Positions 28,807 through 38,522 of a stretch of DNA of 64,000 nt are shown here, one piece after another. Numbering within the stretch: the stretch's first letter is position 1; each line of letters starts with the position of its first letter. Source of the DNA: Dehalococcoidia bacterium (lineage in GTDB: Bacteria > Chloroflexota > Dehalococcoidia > Lucifugimonadales > UBA3495); the NCBI GenBank assembly GCA_030740155.1, contig JASLXV010000025.1:1-64000 (forward strand), in the 5' to 3' direction. Both the position numbers and the translations under genes were made by a program. The notes beneath the pieces were generated by a model that saw only the letters and a program-made list of their open reading frames with translations, was not told the origin of the DNA and ran no database searches.

Positions 28807-30458
28807 CCGGCGGCTCCCAGGGCAGGTTTCTGGGGGTGGTGGTGGATGGGTCCCTGGCCCACGGTGTCGAGGTCCGGCTGGACGCGGGCACCTCGGTCGA
28901 GGAGGTCAAGGCCGGCGCCTTCGTCACCATTCAGGGGAGCGGCCATCGATTTTTCGGCGTGGTCACCGACATCGCCCTGGGCAGCACCGATCCCCGGCTG
29001 AAACACGCGCCGCCCGGCATGGACGACCCATTCATCACCCAGGTGTTGCAGGGCACCGTGGCCTATGGCACGGTATCCGTCCTGCCCAACCTGGTCATGC
29101 CGGTAGCCCTGGGCGACGCCGTGGAGACCCCGGTGGCGGCCAAGACCATCCCTCCCCACTTCGCCCGGACCCACGCGGCCTCGGAGCGGGACGTGGCTGC
29201 GGTTTTCGGCAACGAGGACGAGCGCCACTTCTGGATCGGGAACCCCCTGGATATGGAAGCCAAGGTCTGCCTGGACTTGGACGAGTTGGTGAAGCGGTCC
29301 ATCGGTGTGTTCGGCAAGAGCGGAACCGGCAAGACGTTCCTGACCCGGTTGCTCCTGGTCGGCATACTGCAGGGGGGCCAGGCCTCTTCCCTCATATTCG
29401 ACATGCACAGCGAGTACGGCTGGGGCGCCCACGATTCCGACGGCAAGAGGTTCGCCAAGGGCCTGAAGCAATTGTTCCCGTCCCGGTTGTCGACCTTCAC
29501 CCTGGACGAGGAGAGTTCCCGGCGGCGCGGCTCTTCAACCGACGACGTGGTCAGGATCGGCTATGGAGACATCGAGCCGGAGGATGTGGAGATGCTGCGG
29601 GAGACCCTGAACATGTCGGAGGTGGCTGCCTCCGCCGCTTTCAACTTGCAGCAGAAATTCGGCCAGCGGCATTGGATGAGCCAGTTCCTGAACATGGAAG
29701 GACGGGATGCGATCTTCGATCTGGCGGCTCAAATCCAGGTGCAGCCCCATGCCCTCGGTGCGCTGTACAACCGGCTGACCCGGCTCAAGCGGTTCGAGTT
29801 CCTGGCGGAAAAATCCGAGCGCAACGCGGCGGACCGAATCATCGAGCACCTGGAGCGCGGCCAGCACGTGGTCTTGGAGTTCGGGCGGTACGGCCGCAAC
29901 CTGACCGCCTACATGCTGGTCACGAACCTGCTGTCCCGGCGTATCCACGGCCGGTACGTGGAGCGGAAGGAGCAGGCGGAAGGCGGGCAGGGCCGCGATC
30001 CCAGGCCCCTGGTCATCGTCATCGAGGAGGCCCACAAGTTCCTCAGCCCGGCCATCGCGCCCCAGACCATCTTCGGGACCATCGCCCGGGAGATGAGGAA
30101 GTACAATGTAACCCTGATGGTCATCGACCAGCGGCCCAGCGGCATCGACTCAGAGGTCATGAGCCAGTTGGGGACCCGGCTGACCTGCCTGCTGGACAAC
30201 GAGCGTGACATCGAGGCGGTGCTGTCGGGGACACCCGGCGGCCGCCAGCTAAGGGGAGTGCTGGCCCGGCTGGAGTCCAAACAGCAGGCGCTGATCTTCG
30301 GCCATGCATTACCCATGCCGGTGGTCATCCATACCAGGGAGTACGGCTCTCTGGAGTCCTACGCCCAACTGGTCAAACGAGCGCCGGGACGCCAGCCCCA
30401 TCAAGGGACGGAAACCCCAGAGGAGCGGCTGGAGCGGGAGATAGCCGAGCTGTTCTGA
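28803..30458 (+). CDS. HerA/DUF87 family ATPase
   Basis: Walker A GKSGTGKT, FDMHSEY, Walker B IEEAH, REMRKY and DQRPS motifs; GTG start overlaps the upstream TGA. Confidence 0.9.
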   Translation: MTGGSQGRFLGVVVDGSLAHGVEVRLDAGTSVEEVKAGAFVTIQGSGHRFFGVVTDIALGSTDPRLKHAPPGMDDPFITQVLQGTVAYGTVSVLPNLVMPVALGDAVETPVAAKTIPPHFARTHAASERDVAAVFGNEDERHFWIGNPLDMEAKVCLDLDELVKRSIGVFGKSGTGKTFLTRLLLVGILQGGQASSLIFDMHSEYGWGAHDSDGKRFAKGLKQLFPSRLSTFTLDEESSRRRGSSTDDVVRIGYGDIEPEDVEMLRETLNMSEVAASAAFNLQQKFGQRHWMSQFLNMEGRDAIFDLAAQIQVQPHALGALYNRLTRLKRFEFLAEKSERNAADRIIEHLERGQHVVLEFGRYGRNLTAYMLVTNLLSRRIHGRYVERKEQAEGGQGRDPRPLVIVIEEAHKFLSPAIAPQTIFGTIAREMRKYNVTLMVIDQRPSGIDSEVMSQLGTRLTCLLDNERDIEAVLSGTPGGRQLRGVLARLESKQQALIFGHALPMPVVIHTREYGSLESYAQLVKRAPGRQPHQGTETPEERLEREIAELF

Positions 30459-30566
30459 GCTACGGCAGGTCCCCACCGCCGACCATTCCTTCCTGCCCCT
30501 CCGCCTCCGAAACCCACCGGCCCATCCACGACTTCTCAATCCCTGCGACGAGCCAATACCTCTCAG

Positions 30567-30599
30567 TCCCCCTTTGGTAAAGGGGGATTAGGGGGATTT
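30567..30599. repeat. Palindromic intergenic repeat
   Basis: TCCCCCTTT-GGT-AAAGGGGGA followed by TTAGGGGGATTT. Confidence 0.6.
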
Positions 30600-30663
30600 C
30601 GACCCGCCAATGCCCCAGATAGGCTCCGATCCTCGCCCTCGTGATAGCCCAGCGGCTCCGATT

Positions 30664-30691
30664 TTGACATCTCACGGCGCATGGCTATAAT
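30664..30691 (+). promoter_or_regulatory. Sigma70-type promoter
   Basis: TTGACA-N16-TATAAT. Confidence 0.75.
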
Positions 30692-30839
30692 TGCGTGGTG
30701 CGCCAAGGGCTTCGTTCGGCGAGTTCCCGGTAGGTCTGGCCTGTTTGAGAAAAAGTTCTGAGGAGGACGGGCCGGGACCCGCTCCAACGCCACTGGTGAA
30801 CGAAGCAATGGGCCGCAGAAATAAAACAAGAGGTGTGGA

Positions 30840-31811
30840 ATGGCCACGACTAAAATTGCTCTCCTGGCGGTAGCCAAGAAGCGGGCGGAGTACATCATAA
30901 GCCAGGCGCCACCGGGCTGGGAAGTGACCTTCGTGGACAATAGAATGTCCGCCGAGGAGAAAATCCCACTGTGCAAGGACGCCAACGCAATCATCGTCTT
31001 CCCCACCGACGTATCGGTGGACCTGCTCAAGCATTGCCCCAACGTGAAGCTGATACAGACCCTAAGCGCCGGGTACGACCGGCTGGACATGGAGGCCATC
31101 GGCGAGATGGGTGTCCCCGTGGCCAACAACGGCGGCGCCAACGCCATCGCCGTGTCCGAGCACACCATCGGCCTGATGATCTCCGTGGGCAAACGGCTGA
31201 TGACCCAGTGGGACACGGCAACACACCGGAAGAAGTGGCGGGACAGCCTGGAGCCGCTGGAGTTGTCCGAGATTACCGACAAGACGGTGGGTATCATCGG
31301 CCTGGGCCGCATCGGAAAGAACGTGGCCAAACGGCTGACGGGCTTCGACACCCGGACCATCTATTACGATGTCGTGGAGATCCCCGAGGACGTGCAAAAG
31401 GACCTCAAGGCCGAGCCCGTCTCCCTTGACTACCTGCTGCGGGAGTCGGACATCGTCACGCTTCACGTCCCCCTGAGCCGCCAGACCCGGGCCATGATCT
31501 CCGACCATGAGTTGGAGATCATGAAGCCGAGCGCGCTGTTGATCAACGCCTGCCGCGGCCCCGTAGTGGACGAAAAGGCCCTATACCGGGCGCTGACCAG
31601 CGGGCAAATCTTCGCGGCCGGCCTTGACGTGCTCGAAAAGGAGCCCACCCCCGAGGACAACCCGTTGTTCGGCTTGGACAACGTGGTGATTACCCCTCAC
31701 ATGGCGGGCAGCAGCGAGGAGACCAACGAGCGGGCATCCGCCTTCGCCTACGCCAACATCGGCCGCGCAATTGCGGGCGAGGAGTTGGAATCGCTGGTGT
31801 TCCCCGAGTAG
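30840..31811 (+). CDS. D-isomer-specific 2-hydroxyacid dehydrogenase
   Basis: GIIGLGRIG, LHVPL, INACRG, LDVLEKEP and TPHMAG motifs. Confidence 0.95.
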   Translation: MATTKIALLAVAKKRAEYIISQAPPGWEVTFVDNRMSAEEKIPLCKDANAIIVFPTDVSVDLLKHCPNVKLIQTLSAGYDRLDMEAIGEMGVPVANNGGANAIAVSEHTIGLMISVGKRLMTQWDTATHRKKWRDSLEPLELSEITDKTVGIIGLGRIGKNVAKRLTGFDTRTIYYDVVEIPEDVQKDLKAEPVSLDYLLRESDIVTLHVPLSRQTRAMISDHELEIMKPSALLINACRGPVVDEKALYRALTSGQIFAAGLDVLEKEPTPEDNPLFGLDNVVITPHMAGSSEETNERASAFAYANIGRAIAGEELESLVFPE

Positions 31812-31879
31812 AGGGAAACTGAGAACGGTGGGGTCGGCGTCTCACGGAACCATGTCTCGTTGAAGGCCGCCTCCCGTCC

Positions 31880-32998
31880 CTATCCCCCGATGACCTCCGT
31901 CGCCCGCTGGGTGGCGGACCAGGGAGACAGCCAGGAGGAGTGGCTTCCATCCCCTCCGGCCACCACCACCAGGTAGTGGTCAGGCGTAGCCGCCAGCGGC
32001 ACCAGGAAGCCCTCGTCCTGGTCCTCGAACTCATCCGGCCAGGACCGGCCCCCAAAGTGGTACCGGTTCCTCAACCGGCCCGCGGGTATCCGGACGTGCT
32101 CGAAGAGATGGTTGATTACGTCGGCCCTGCTGAACCCGGAGGCGGCGATTTGCGCGGCGTGCTCCGGCCCCAGCACCACGACGGTGGTGGGTTGCCGCGC
32201 CTGAAAGTAGTAGCCGGATATGCCGCCGGCGGTCATCGAGCCGACCAGGGTCTCTAGCACGCCCTCGCCGGTTTCCACGGTCCCTTCCACCATGGTATGG
32301 ATGCCCCTGGCGGCCACCACGGTGACGGTGCTGACCTCGGGCGGATAGCCCATTGCCACGTGTAGCGGCTCCCAGGGGTTGCGCTCCTGGTTCTCGGTGA
32401 AGCACATGGTGTACTTGCCAGGCCAGCCGTGGGTAGACTTCTCCATTGTTTCGGCGGTGGCCCCTCCGAGGTTTCGCATGGTCAGGCGAAGGGCCCGGCC
32501 GATGGTGGCGTTGGCCCGGTGGCCCGAGCCGAAGACGGCGGTGCCGCCGTGGATCCCCAGCTTCTGGGCAATGGGGCCGCTGACGATCACCGCCGGGGCC
32601 GCTCCCCCGGTAGTGGTGGTGATGGACCCCGCGTTGAACTGGGGCTGGAGCACGGCTTTCACCGCAGCCAGCACCACCGGGAAGTAGTCGGGCTTGCTGC
32701 CGGCCATCACGGCGTTGATGGCCACCTTCTCCACGGTGACCATGCCGTTCAGCGGCGGTATCCGGCCCAGCACCTGCTTTCCGGGCAGCGGGCACGCCTC
32801 CAGCATTTCCAGCACCAGGTCCTCGGTGGGTGGAATGACCGGCAGACCATCGGTCCAGCCTTTGTCGTAGAAGTAGTCGTTGATCTGGCTGACCGAGCCC
32901 TCCACCTGCAAGCGGGTGGACTCCTGGCCCAACTCCGGCGCACCGGGATTCCCGTCGACGCTCCGAGGGCCCTGGGAGCGGCTGGAAGAGCTAGCCAT
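31880..32998 (-). CDS. Conserved partner protein of UGSC-family proteins (function unknown)
   Basis: GWTDGLPVIPPT, AINAVMAG and RANATIGRALRL motifs; overlaps the end of the extended UGSC gene. Confidence 0.75.
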   Translation of the reverse strand: MASSSSRSQGPRSVDGNPGAPELGQESTRLQVEGSVSQINDYFYDKGWTDGLPVIPPTEDLVLEMLEACPLPGKQVLGRIPPLNGMVTVEKVAINAVMAGSKPDYFPVVLAAVKAVLQPQFNAGSITTTTGGAAPAVIVSGPIAQKLGIHGGTAVFGSGHRANATIGRALRLTMRNLGGATAETMEKSTHGWPGKYTMCFTENQERNPWEPLHVAMGYPPEVSTVTVVAARGIHTMVEGTVETGEGVLETLVGSMTAGGISGYYFQARQPTTVVVLGPEHAAQIAASGFSRADVINHLFEHVRIPAGRLRNRYHFGGRSWPDEFEDQDEGFLVPLAATPDHYLVVVAGGDGSHSSWLSPWSATQRATEVIGG

Positions 32999-33551
32999 TC
33001 TGGCGCTCCCAGGCTGGCAGTAGCAGGCTCTCGGTGATGCCCTCGATGCTGGTCTCGGCGATCTCCAGCATCTGGTCCGGTCTCATGCTGCCGGGAGTGC
33101 AGTTTAGCACCGCCACCGGGTGTTCCGGTAGGCCGAGGGCCCGGCCACGGAGTTCCGCTGCCTTGCTGAACACCTTGGTGATAACCGTAACCGCGGGCTT
33201 GCTTCGCTTTTCCGTTTCAATTCCGTCGTGGAGACCCCACGTTATGCAGGACCCTCAAAAAGCGATGGCGTGGATGATGGCGTCGCAGCTGGACGACATC
33301 TCATCCAATACCTCAGGGGGAGTGGGCAAACTCTGGCTGGCCTTTCGGTAGGTGACCAGCTTGGCCACACCGTAATCCTCCTGGAGCAGGCGGCCCAGCT
33401 CCATCAGGTAGGCGTCGACGTTCCGTTTCCGGTTGTCGATCAGGCCTATGGTCGAGCCTCGAAGCCCGGATAAGCGCGGCGCCAAACTGAGCTGCCGGGG
33501 TGCGCCTTCCGCCGCCGGGTGGAGTACCGTGGTCAGTTGTGTCGCCACCAT
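32991..33551 (-). CDS. UGSC-family selenoprotein, 186 aa, U99
   Basis: AIAF-TGA-GGG-TCC-TGC gives U-G-S-C; the frame continues (LHDGIETEKRSKPAV...) and joins the orphan ORF 32991-33173. Confidence 0.9.
33227..33241 (-). promoter_or_regulatory. Putative SECIS element for the UGSC UGA
   Basis: CGTGG-GGTCT-CCACG; loop 18 nt after the UGA. Confidence 0.75.
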
Positions 33552-33831
33552 CGTGCCTCACTCCTTTCTGGCCGTGGTCCGGCCATAGAAGGATTTGGTT
33601 TCCTGCCTTCGAGAGGCGAGTGTACCAACTGGGTAAGATGGGCGTCAATGGCGCCCAACCACTGGTATCGCGACTGGGGGCAACGGTGCGGGGGACACCG
33701 CGCGGCGTCAGGCTGCTCTGCATGGGGACCGCGCCCAGCCTGAGGTTTTTCCTGAGGTTCTTTAGGAGGGGTTCCCCTGACGCTTCGCCAAGAACTCCCC
33801 ACGACACTTGAGAGGATATTCAACCCCATTG

Positions 33832-35112
33832 CTACGCCGGATCGGTTGTGGCAGGAAGCGGCTCAGGGGCGGCATCTTCTTGTGGGAGCTTTCCAAAGAG
33901 GTCCATCTGGCCCGTGGCGGCTTCCGCCGGCGGCGGGGTTTGCGCCGGCGGCTGCGTGACCGCGACCGGCAACTCGCCCTGGTCAACCAGGGGCCGGAAA
34001 TGTTTGCTCAAGATCAACCCGCGGCCCTGGTACGATGATCCTCTCGACGTGCCGTACATCTTCTTGGGGGTCTCCAACATTCTCTCGAACGTGAGGGTGC
34101 AGATGGTCTGGCCGTGCTCGATCATGAACGGGACATCGTGGGCCCGGACTTCCATCACCGGTTGGACCCCGCGGGTGGCGCCGGTACCCACGAGTCCAAA
34201 GCCCGGGTCAAAGAAGCCCGCATAGTGGGTTCTCAATTCGCCGCTTGAAGGATCGATGGCAGTGAGTTCGGCCGCGTACTGGGGAGGAATGTTGATCCCT
34301 TCGGCGGAGGTTAGCAGGTAGAACTCTTCAGGCTCCAGTATCAAGCTACGAGTCGCGTCGGTGTGCACCGGCTCCCAATATTCACCGTGGTCATAATAGT
34401 GTTCCTGAGACAGATCCAGCAGGCTGCTGTTCTTCTTGGCCCGGTAACCGATGACGCCGTTGTGTCCCACAAGGTCCACGCCAAGGCTGACGGTGTTATC
34501 CATTCTCGGTTCACGGGGTTCCCCGGCGTGATCCGCATGGTGGAACAGAATGGGGTCCATGCGGTGCTTCCCAAGCAGCTCCCCACTTTCGCAGGCTGAA
34601 TCGCCTTTGAATAACCGCAACTGATTCAGCGACAATTCCGACCGAACCTTGATGGTAAAGGACCGCGACACGACCTCCAGATACAGCCGCCCGCTGTACC
34701 CCTCGGCGATGTCATCAAACCTATGGCTTCGGTCGGTAATCACGCGGGTGAATATGTCCAGCCGGCCCGTGGAGCTTTTGGGGTTGGCTTTGGCTCGAAT
34801 CCCCTTCGGAAGATTCAGTTCTTCGAGGAGAGGAATGAGGTACGGGCGGTTCTTCTCCAGAATGGCCCCATCGCGCAAGTCCAATGTTCCCATTTCGAGG
34901 CCGGGGAGCTTGTCTTCCACGCTCGTATCCGGGAGAAAACTACAACGCAAACGGTGTGCCGTCTCGCCCAACCTGAGGTCGAGGCTCGCCGGTTGGAAAT
35001 TCGTGTCGGGGATCTTGAAGCGCTCCGTATAGATCCAATCAGCGCCGACGGCTTGTCTAAGCAGCCGGTCGGACAATATCCCATCACGGGGGATCTTGTT
35101 TGTCTGGGCCAT
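33832..35112 (-). CDS. dcd: dCTP deaminase (long two-domain type)
   Basis: QPASLDLRLG, ANPKSSTGRLD, HYAGFFDPGFG and EVRAHDVPF motifs. Confidence 0.9.
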   Translation of the reverse strand: MAQTNKIPRDGILSDRLLRQAVGADWIYTERFKIPDTNFQPASLDLRLGETAHRLRCSFLPDTSVEDKLPGLEMGTLDLRDGAILEKNRPYLIPLLEELNLPKGIRAKANPKSSTGRLDIFTRVITDRSHRFDDIAEGYSGRLYLEVVSRSFTIKVRSELSLNQLRLFKGDSACESGELLGKHRMDPILFHHADHAGEPREPRMDNTVSLGVDLVGHNGVIGYRAKKNSSLLDLSQEHYYDHGEYWEPVHTDATRSLILEPEEFYLLTSAEGINIPPQYAAELTAIDPSSGELRTHYAGFFDPGFGLVGTGATRGVQPVMEVRAHDVPFMIEHGQTICTLTFERMLETPKKMYGTSRGSSYQGRGLILSKHFRPLVDQGELPVAVTQPPAQTPPPAEAATGQMDLFGKLPQEDAAPEPLPATTDPA

Positions 35113-35276
35113 AAGCGCCTCAATTGGACTGTGGTCTGCCAGGGTGGATAATGCGCGGCCCGAAGGTCGCGCGGCACCACCGGCTCTCTGATATTCAGAA
35201 GGTCTTCTGCCATAGGGCTAATCGGGCCCCGAGGATGGTGACGGCACAAGGGGCAATAACAAGAGGGGCCGTAGAA

Positions 35277-35312
35277 TGAAAAGACCCCGTCGCCGCAGGG
35301 CAAACGGGTTCT
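35277..35312 (-). terminator. Intrinsic terminator-like hairpin in the dcd leader
   Basis: Minus strand AGAACCCGTTTGCC-CTGC-GGCGACGGGGTCT followed by TTTCATT. Confidence 0.55.
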
Positions 35313-35350
35313 CTTGGTCTGGCAATGGCCGCCTCCCCGATTTAGTGGAA

Positions 35351-35379
35351 ATCGTACAGCCAAGGCCAGGCACTGTCAA
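35351..35379 (-). promoter_or_regulatory. Sigma70-type promoter upstream of dcd
   Basis: TTGACA-N17-TACGAT with an extended TG, on the minus strand. Confidence 0.7.
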
Positions 35380-35519
35380 GGGCGGGTTGTCGGCGACTGC
35401 CCGCCTCCGGTTTGGTGACCGGTTCACGGCCGGTAGCGGTGATCTCGATCCGTCCCGGTCAAGGCAGCGTGTATCTGAAACGCTACCGGACAATGACCAG
35501 TTGCTTGCCGAGGAGCCGC

Positions 35520-36128
35520 CTACTTCTCCCTGGCTAGATACACTTCCAGCCCCTTGCGTACGAGGATGCGGCCCCGGTGGAGCCGGGACTTGAAGGCGGT
35601 TATCGAAAGCCCCAGTGTCTCCGCCGATTCCTCGGTGCTCAGACCTTGGACATCCCGCATCACCACGGTGGCGCGCAGCTCGGGAGTGAGCTTGGCTAGC
35701 TCCGACTCCACGACATCCCGCAGCTCCCCGCTGATCGCTGCCTGCTCCGGGTCGGCGGTCCAATCGTGGGCAATGTCGTCGTTGTAGCCCGTCTGGATCA
35801 TGTACTTGGCTCGGGATTTTTCCTTGCGTATCTTCATCAAGCAGGAGTTGACCACGATGCGGTAGAGCCAGGTCGAGACTTTGGACTCACCTTTGAAACG
35901 TGGAAATGCGCGATAGGCGGAGATAAAGGCCTCTTGCACCGCGTCTTCAGCATCCTCGACGTTGTGGAGCATGCGGTAGGCCACGTTGTAGGCGAAGTCC
36001 GCGTAATCCTCCACCACCCGGGAGAAAGCGCTTTCCATTGCGCTCCGGTCCTGATCCAGCCGCGCGGCCACCTTAGATGGGCCCCAGGAAACGAGTGGGA
36101 GTGCCGTTGGTGCTATCGAACTCAACAT
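35520..36128 (-). CDS. ECF sigma-70 factor
   Basis: DAEDAVQEAF, STWLYRIVVN and region 4 KSRLHRGR; AAGGAG RBS. Confidence 0.92.
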   Translation of the reverse strand: MLSSIAPTALPLVSWGPSKVAARLDQDRSAMESAFSRVVEDYADFAYNVAYRMLHNVEDAEDAVQEAFISAYRAFPRFKGESKVSTWLYRIVVNSCLMKIRKEKSRAKYMIQTGYNDDIAHDWTADPEQAAISGELRDVVESELAKLTPELRATVVMRDVQGLSTEESAETLGLSITAFKSRLHRGRILVRKGLEVYLAREK

Positions 36129-36199
36129 CGTTGTTGACTCCTTGTGAAACTGTGCCAGCCTTTGGTGGGTGGGTGGGGTTTGGATAGCCGCGGCCAAAG

Positions 36200-36589
36200 T
36201 CAGCCGGCCGCTGGCATGCTTGAAGCCGATGGACGCGAGGCGATGCGCCGGATCTCGGCAAATAGCGTCATTGGCTCGCAGTCTTTGCACAGGTAGCCGT
36301 CGGACCCGGCGACTACGCCCGCCTCCAGGTACTCGGTGAACACGCTGAAAAACAGGACGCCGGCGTGGGGGTAGGCCTCTTTGAGAAGCCTGGTAGCCTC
36401 CACTCCGTCGAGCCGTGGCATCTGGGCATCCATGATAACCACGTCGGGATGAAGCTCCAATGCCCTCTCCAGCGCCTCCTGGCCGTCCTTGGCAGTGCCA
36501 ACCAAGTCAAAGTCGGATTGGGTCCGGATAAGACACGACAGGCCATCCATGACGTGGGGGCAATCTTCTGCGATTAGAACTCGGATCAT
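36200..36589 (-). CDS. Stand-alone receiver-domain response regulator
   Basis: VLIAED and PDVVIMDAQMPRLDG motifs; no output domain. Confidence 0.88.
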   Translation of the reverse strand: MIRVLIAEDCPHVMDGLSCLIRTQSDFDLVGTAKDGQEALERALELHPDVVIMDAQMPRLDGVEATRLLKEAYPHAGVLFFSVFTEYLEAGVVAGSDGYLCKDCEPMTLFAEIRRIASRPSASSMPAAG

Positions 36590-36761
36590 ATGATTTCCTT
36601 CCTCGGAACCCGGGCCTCGGAACCCCGTTGGTTGATCTCTACTATTCGATGTTACCTTCTCGCCCTTGGCCGGACATCCACCAGCCCATTGAATCCAAAC
36701 AGAAAAGAGGTTGATACATCGATCAACCTCTTGGTGGACAAAGCGTCGTCTCGGCGGCCGG

Positions 36762-37433
36762 TTACAACTCGATTATCTTCCTCTTCGCTCCTTCAGCCAC
36801 CGCTTCCGTCCGGCCGCTGACTCCCAGTTTGTTGAAGATGCGGACGATGTGGGTCTTGACGGTGCTCTGCCCGATGTTGAGACGGCTGGCTATCTCTTTG
36901 TTGGCGGCCCCGGTAGCCATTATCTGGAGTACTTCCACCTCGCGCGCCGAGAGGGACCCCTCCGAGGGAGCGGCGTTGCGGGAGAGCTGGCTCAGCCGGT
37001 CCAGGAGCCTGCTGGCCACCCGGGGCTGGATCAGCGACTCCCCCTGGTAAACCGCCCTGATGGCTTTTAGCACCTCTTCGGGAGGCGAGTCCTTGAGAAG
37101 ATAGCCCCTGGCGCCGGCCTCGATGCCGCGGAAGATGTAGTCATCCGTGTCGTAGGTCGTCAGGATGATGATGCCGGTTTCCAGGGCTGCATTCTTGATC
37201 TCGATAATGGCGGCGACGCCGTCCATCTCGGGCATCTGCAAGTCCATCAAGATAACGTCGGGCAAAAGTTCGAAGGCCTTGGCAACCGCTTCCCGGCCGT
37301 TGGCGGCCTGAGCGACTACTTCCAGGTCGGCTTCCTGGTCCAAGACGGCCGCCAGTCCCTGCCGAACGATGGGGTGGTCGTCCGCGATTAAGATTCTGAT
37401 GGGCTTTTCCCCAGTTGATTGATTCGTCATCAC
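36762..37433 (-). CDS. NarL/LuxR family response regulator
   Basis: ADDHPIVR and MDLQMP receiver motifs; LSAREVEVL...NKEIA HTH. Confidence 0.95.
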   Translation of the reverse strand: MMTNQSTGEKPIRILIADDHPIVRQGLAAVLDQEADLEVVAQAANGREAVAKAFELLPDVILMDLQMPEMDGVAAIIEIKNAALETGIIILTTYDTDDYIFRGIEAGARGYLLKDSPPEEVLKAIRAVYQGESLIQPRVASRLLDRLSQLSRNAAPSEGSLSAREVEVLQIMATGAANKEIASRLNIGQSTVKTHIVRIFNKLGVSGRTEAVAEGAKRKIIEL

Positions 37434-37436
37434 TCG

Positions 37437-38522
37437 CTATTTCAGCGGCAATTCCGCCCTCACCACGGTGCCCCGGCCGATGGCACTCTCCACTGTCAGT
37501 TCTCCCCCCAGCAGCTGGGCCCTCTCTCGCATGCTGACCAGCCCAAAGCCGCCGCTTTCCCGGTCCCACCGCTTCGGGATAACCGGATCGAAGCCGACAC
37601 CGTCGTCCTCCACTTTCAAATGCGCTCTGGCGTCAGCGAACCCAATTGTCACCGCCACCCGGCCGGCGTTGGCATGTTTGAGGATGTTGGCCAGTGCCTC
37701 CTGACAGATGCGGAGGAGGGATGCCTCCACCCCGCCGGGCAGTACCCGGCTCTTCCCCTCCACGTTGAAAGAGGTCTGGATACGGTCGCCGGCGGCCTTG
37801 TCGGTCTCCTGCCGGAGCGCTCCGACCAGGGACTGGCCCTTCAACGGGCCGCTTCGCAGGTCATACACCGACCGGCGGGCCTCCTGCAAGCTATCTCTGG
37901 CCAGGTCGCGGATTCGTTTCAAGCTCTCCAATGCTTGTTCCCCGCCGGCCTCGGCCTGTCCTTCCGCGGCGTTGAGCTGCCAGATTATCGCCGTGAGCCC
38001 CTGGGCCAGGGAATCGTGAATCTCGCGGACCAGACGGTTCCGTTCCTCCACCACCGCTAGCTGTCGCTGCGCCTGCTCCGCTTGCCTCCGTTCCGTGATG
38101 TCCTGGATCATGGCGATGATCCGCGTCTGTCCGGCAACTTCGATTGTCGAGGCGGAGATCTCCGAGGGCACCAGGTGCCCTCCCTTGGCAAGGCAGCTAA
38201 GCTCGTTGGTCCACCCACTCCCGTCCCGGAAAACCGACTCGGCGAAGGTCTGGAGTTTGGGCATTTCGTGGGGGTGAATCGCCGAAATGGCTAGGGACAG
38301 CAGTTCCTCTCTGGAATAACCCAGCATGGCGCAAGCCCTGGGATTCGCGTCGACGATAGAGTCCCGCACCGGGTCCATTACGAATATCGCGTCATTCGAG
38401 TGTTCGAAAATCTTGCGGTAGAGTTCTTCGGCCGGCCCGGGGGAATTTTCAGGCGCCTTCACCACCCGATTGGTTTTGCCCTCATTCGGGTCGGCCCGGC
38501 GCATCGGTGTAATTTGCTTCAT
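37437..38522 (-). CDS. Cytoplasmic PAS sensor histidine kinase (HisKA_3)
   Basis: PAS domain; EERNRLVREIHDSLAQ, QEALANILKHA and DDGVGF motifs. Confidence 0.92.
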   Translation of the reverse strand: MKQITPMRRADPNEGKTNRVVKAPENSPGPAEELYRKIFEHSNDAIFVMDPVRDSIVDANPRACAMLGYSREELLSLAISAIHPHEMPKLQTFAESVFRDGSGWTNELSCLAKGGHLVPSEISASTIEVAGQTRIIAMIQDITERRQAEQAQRQLAVVEERNRLVREIHDSLAQGLTAIIWQLNAAEGQAEAGGEQALESLKRIRDLARDSLQEARRSVYDLRSGPLKGQSLVGALRQETDKAAGDRIQTSFNVEGKSRVLPGGVEASLLRICQEALANILKHANAGRVAVTIGFADARAHLKVEDDGVGFDPVIPKRWDRESGGFGLVSMRERAQLLGGELTVESAIGRGTVVRAELPLK

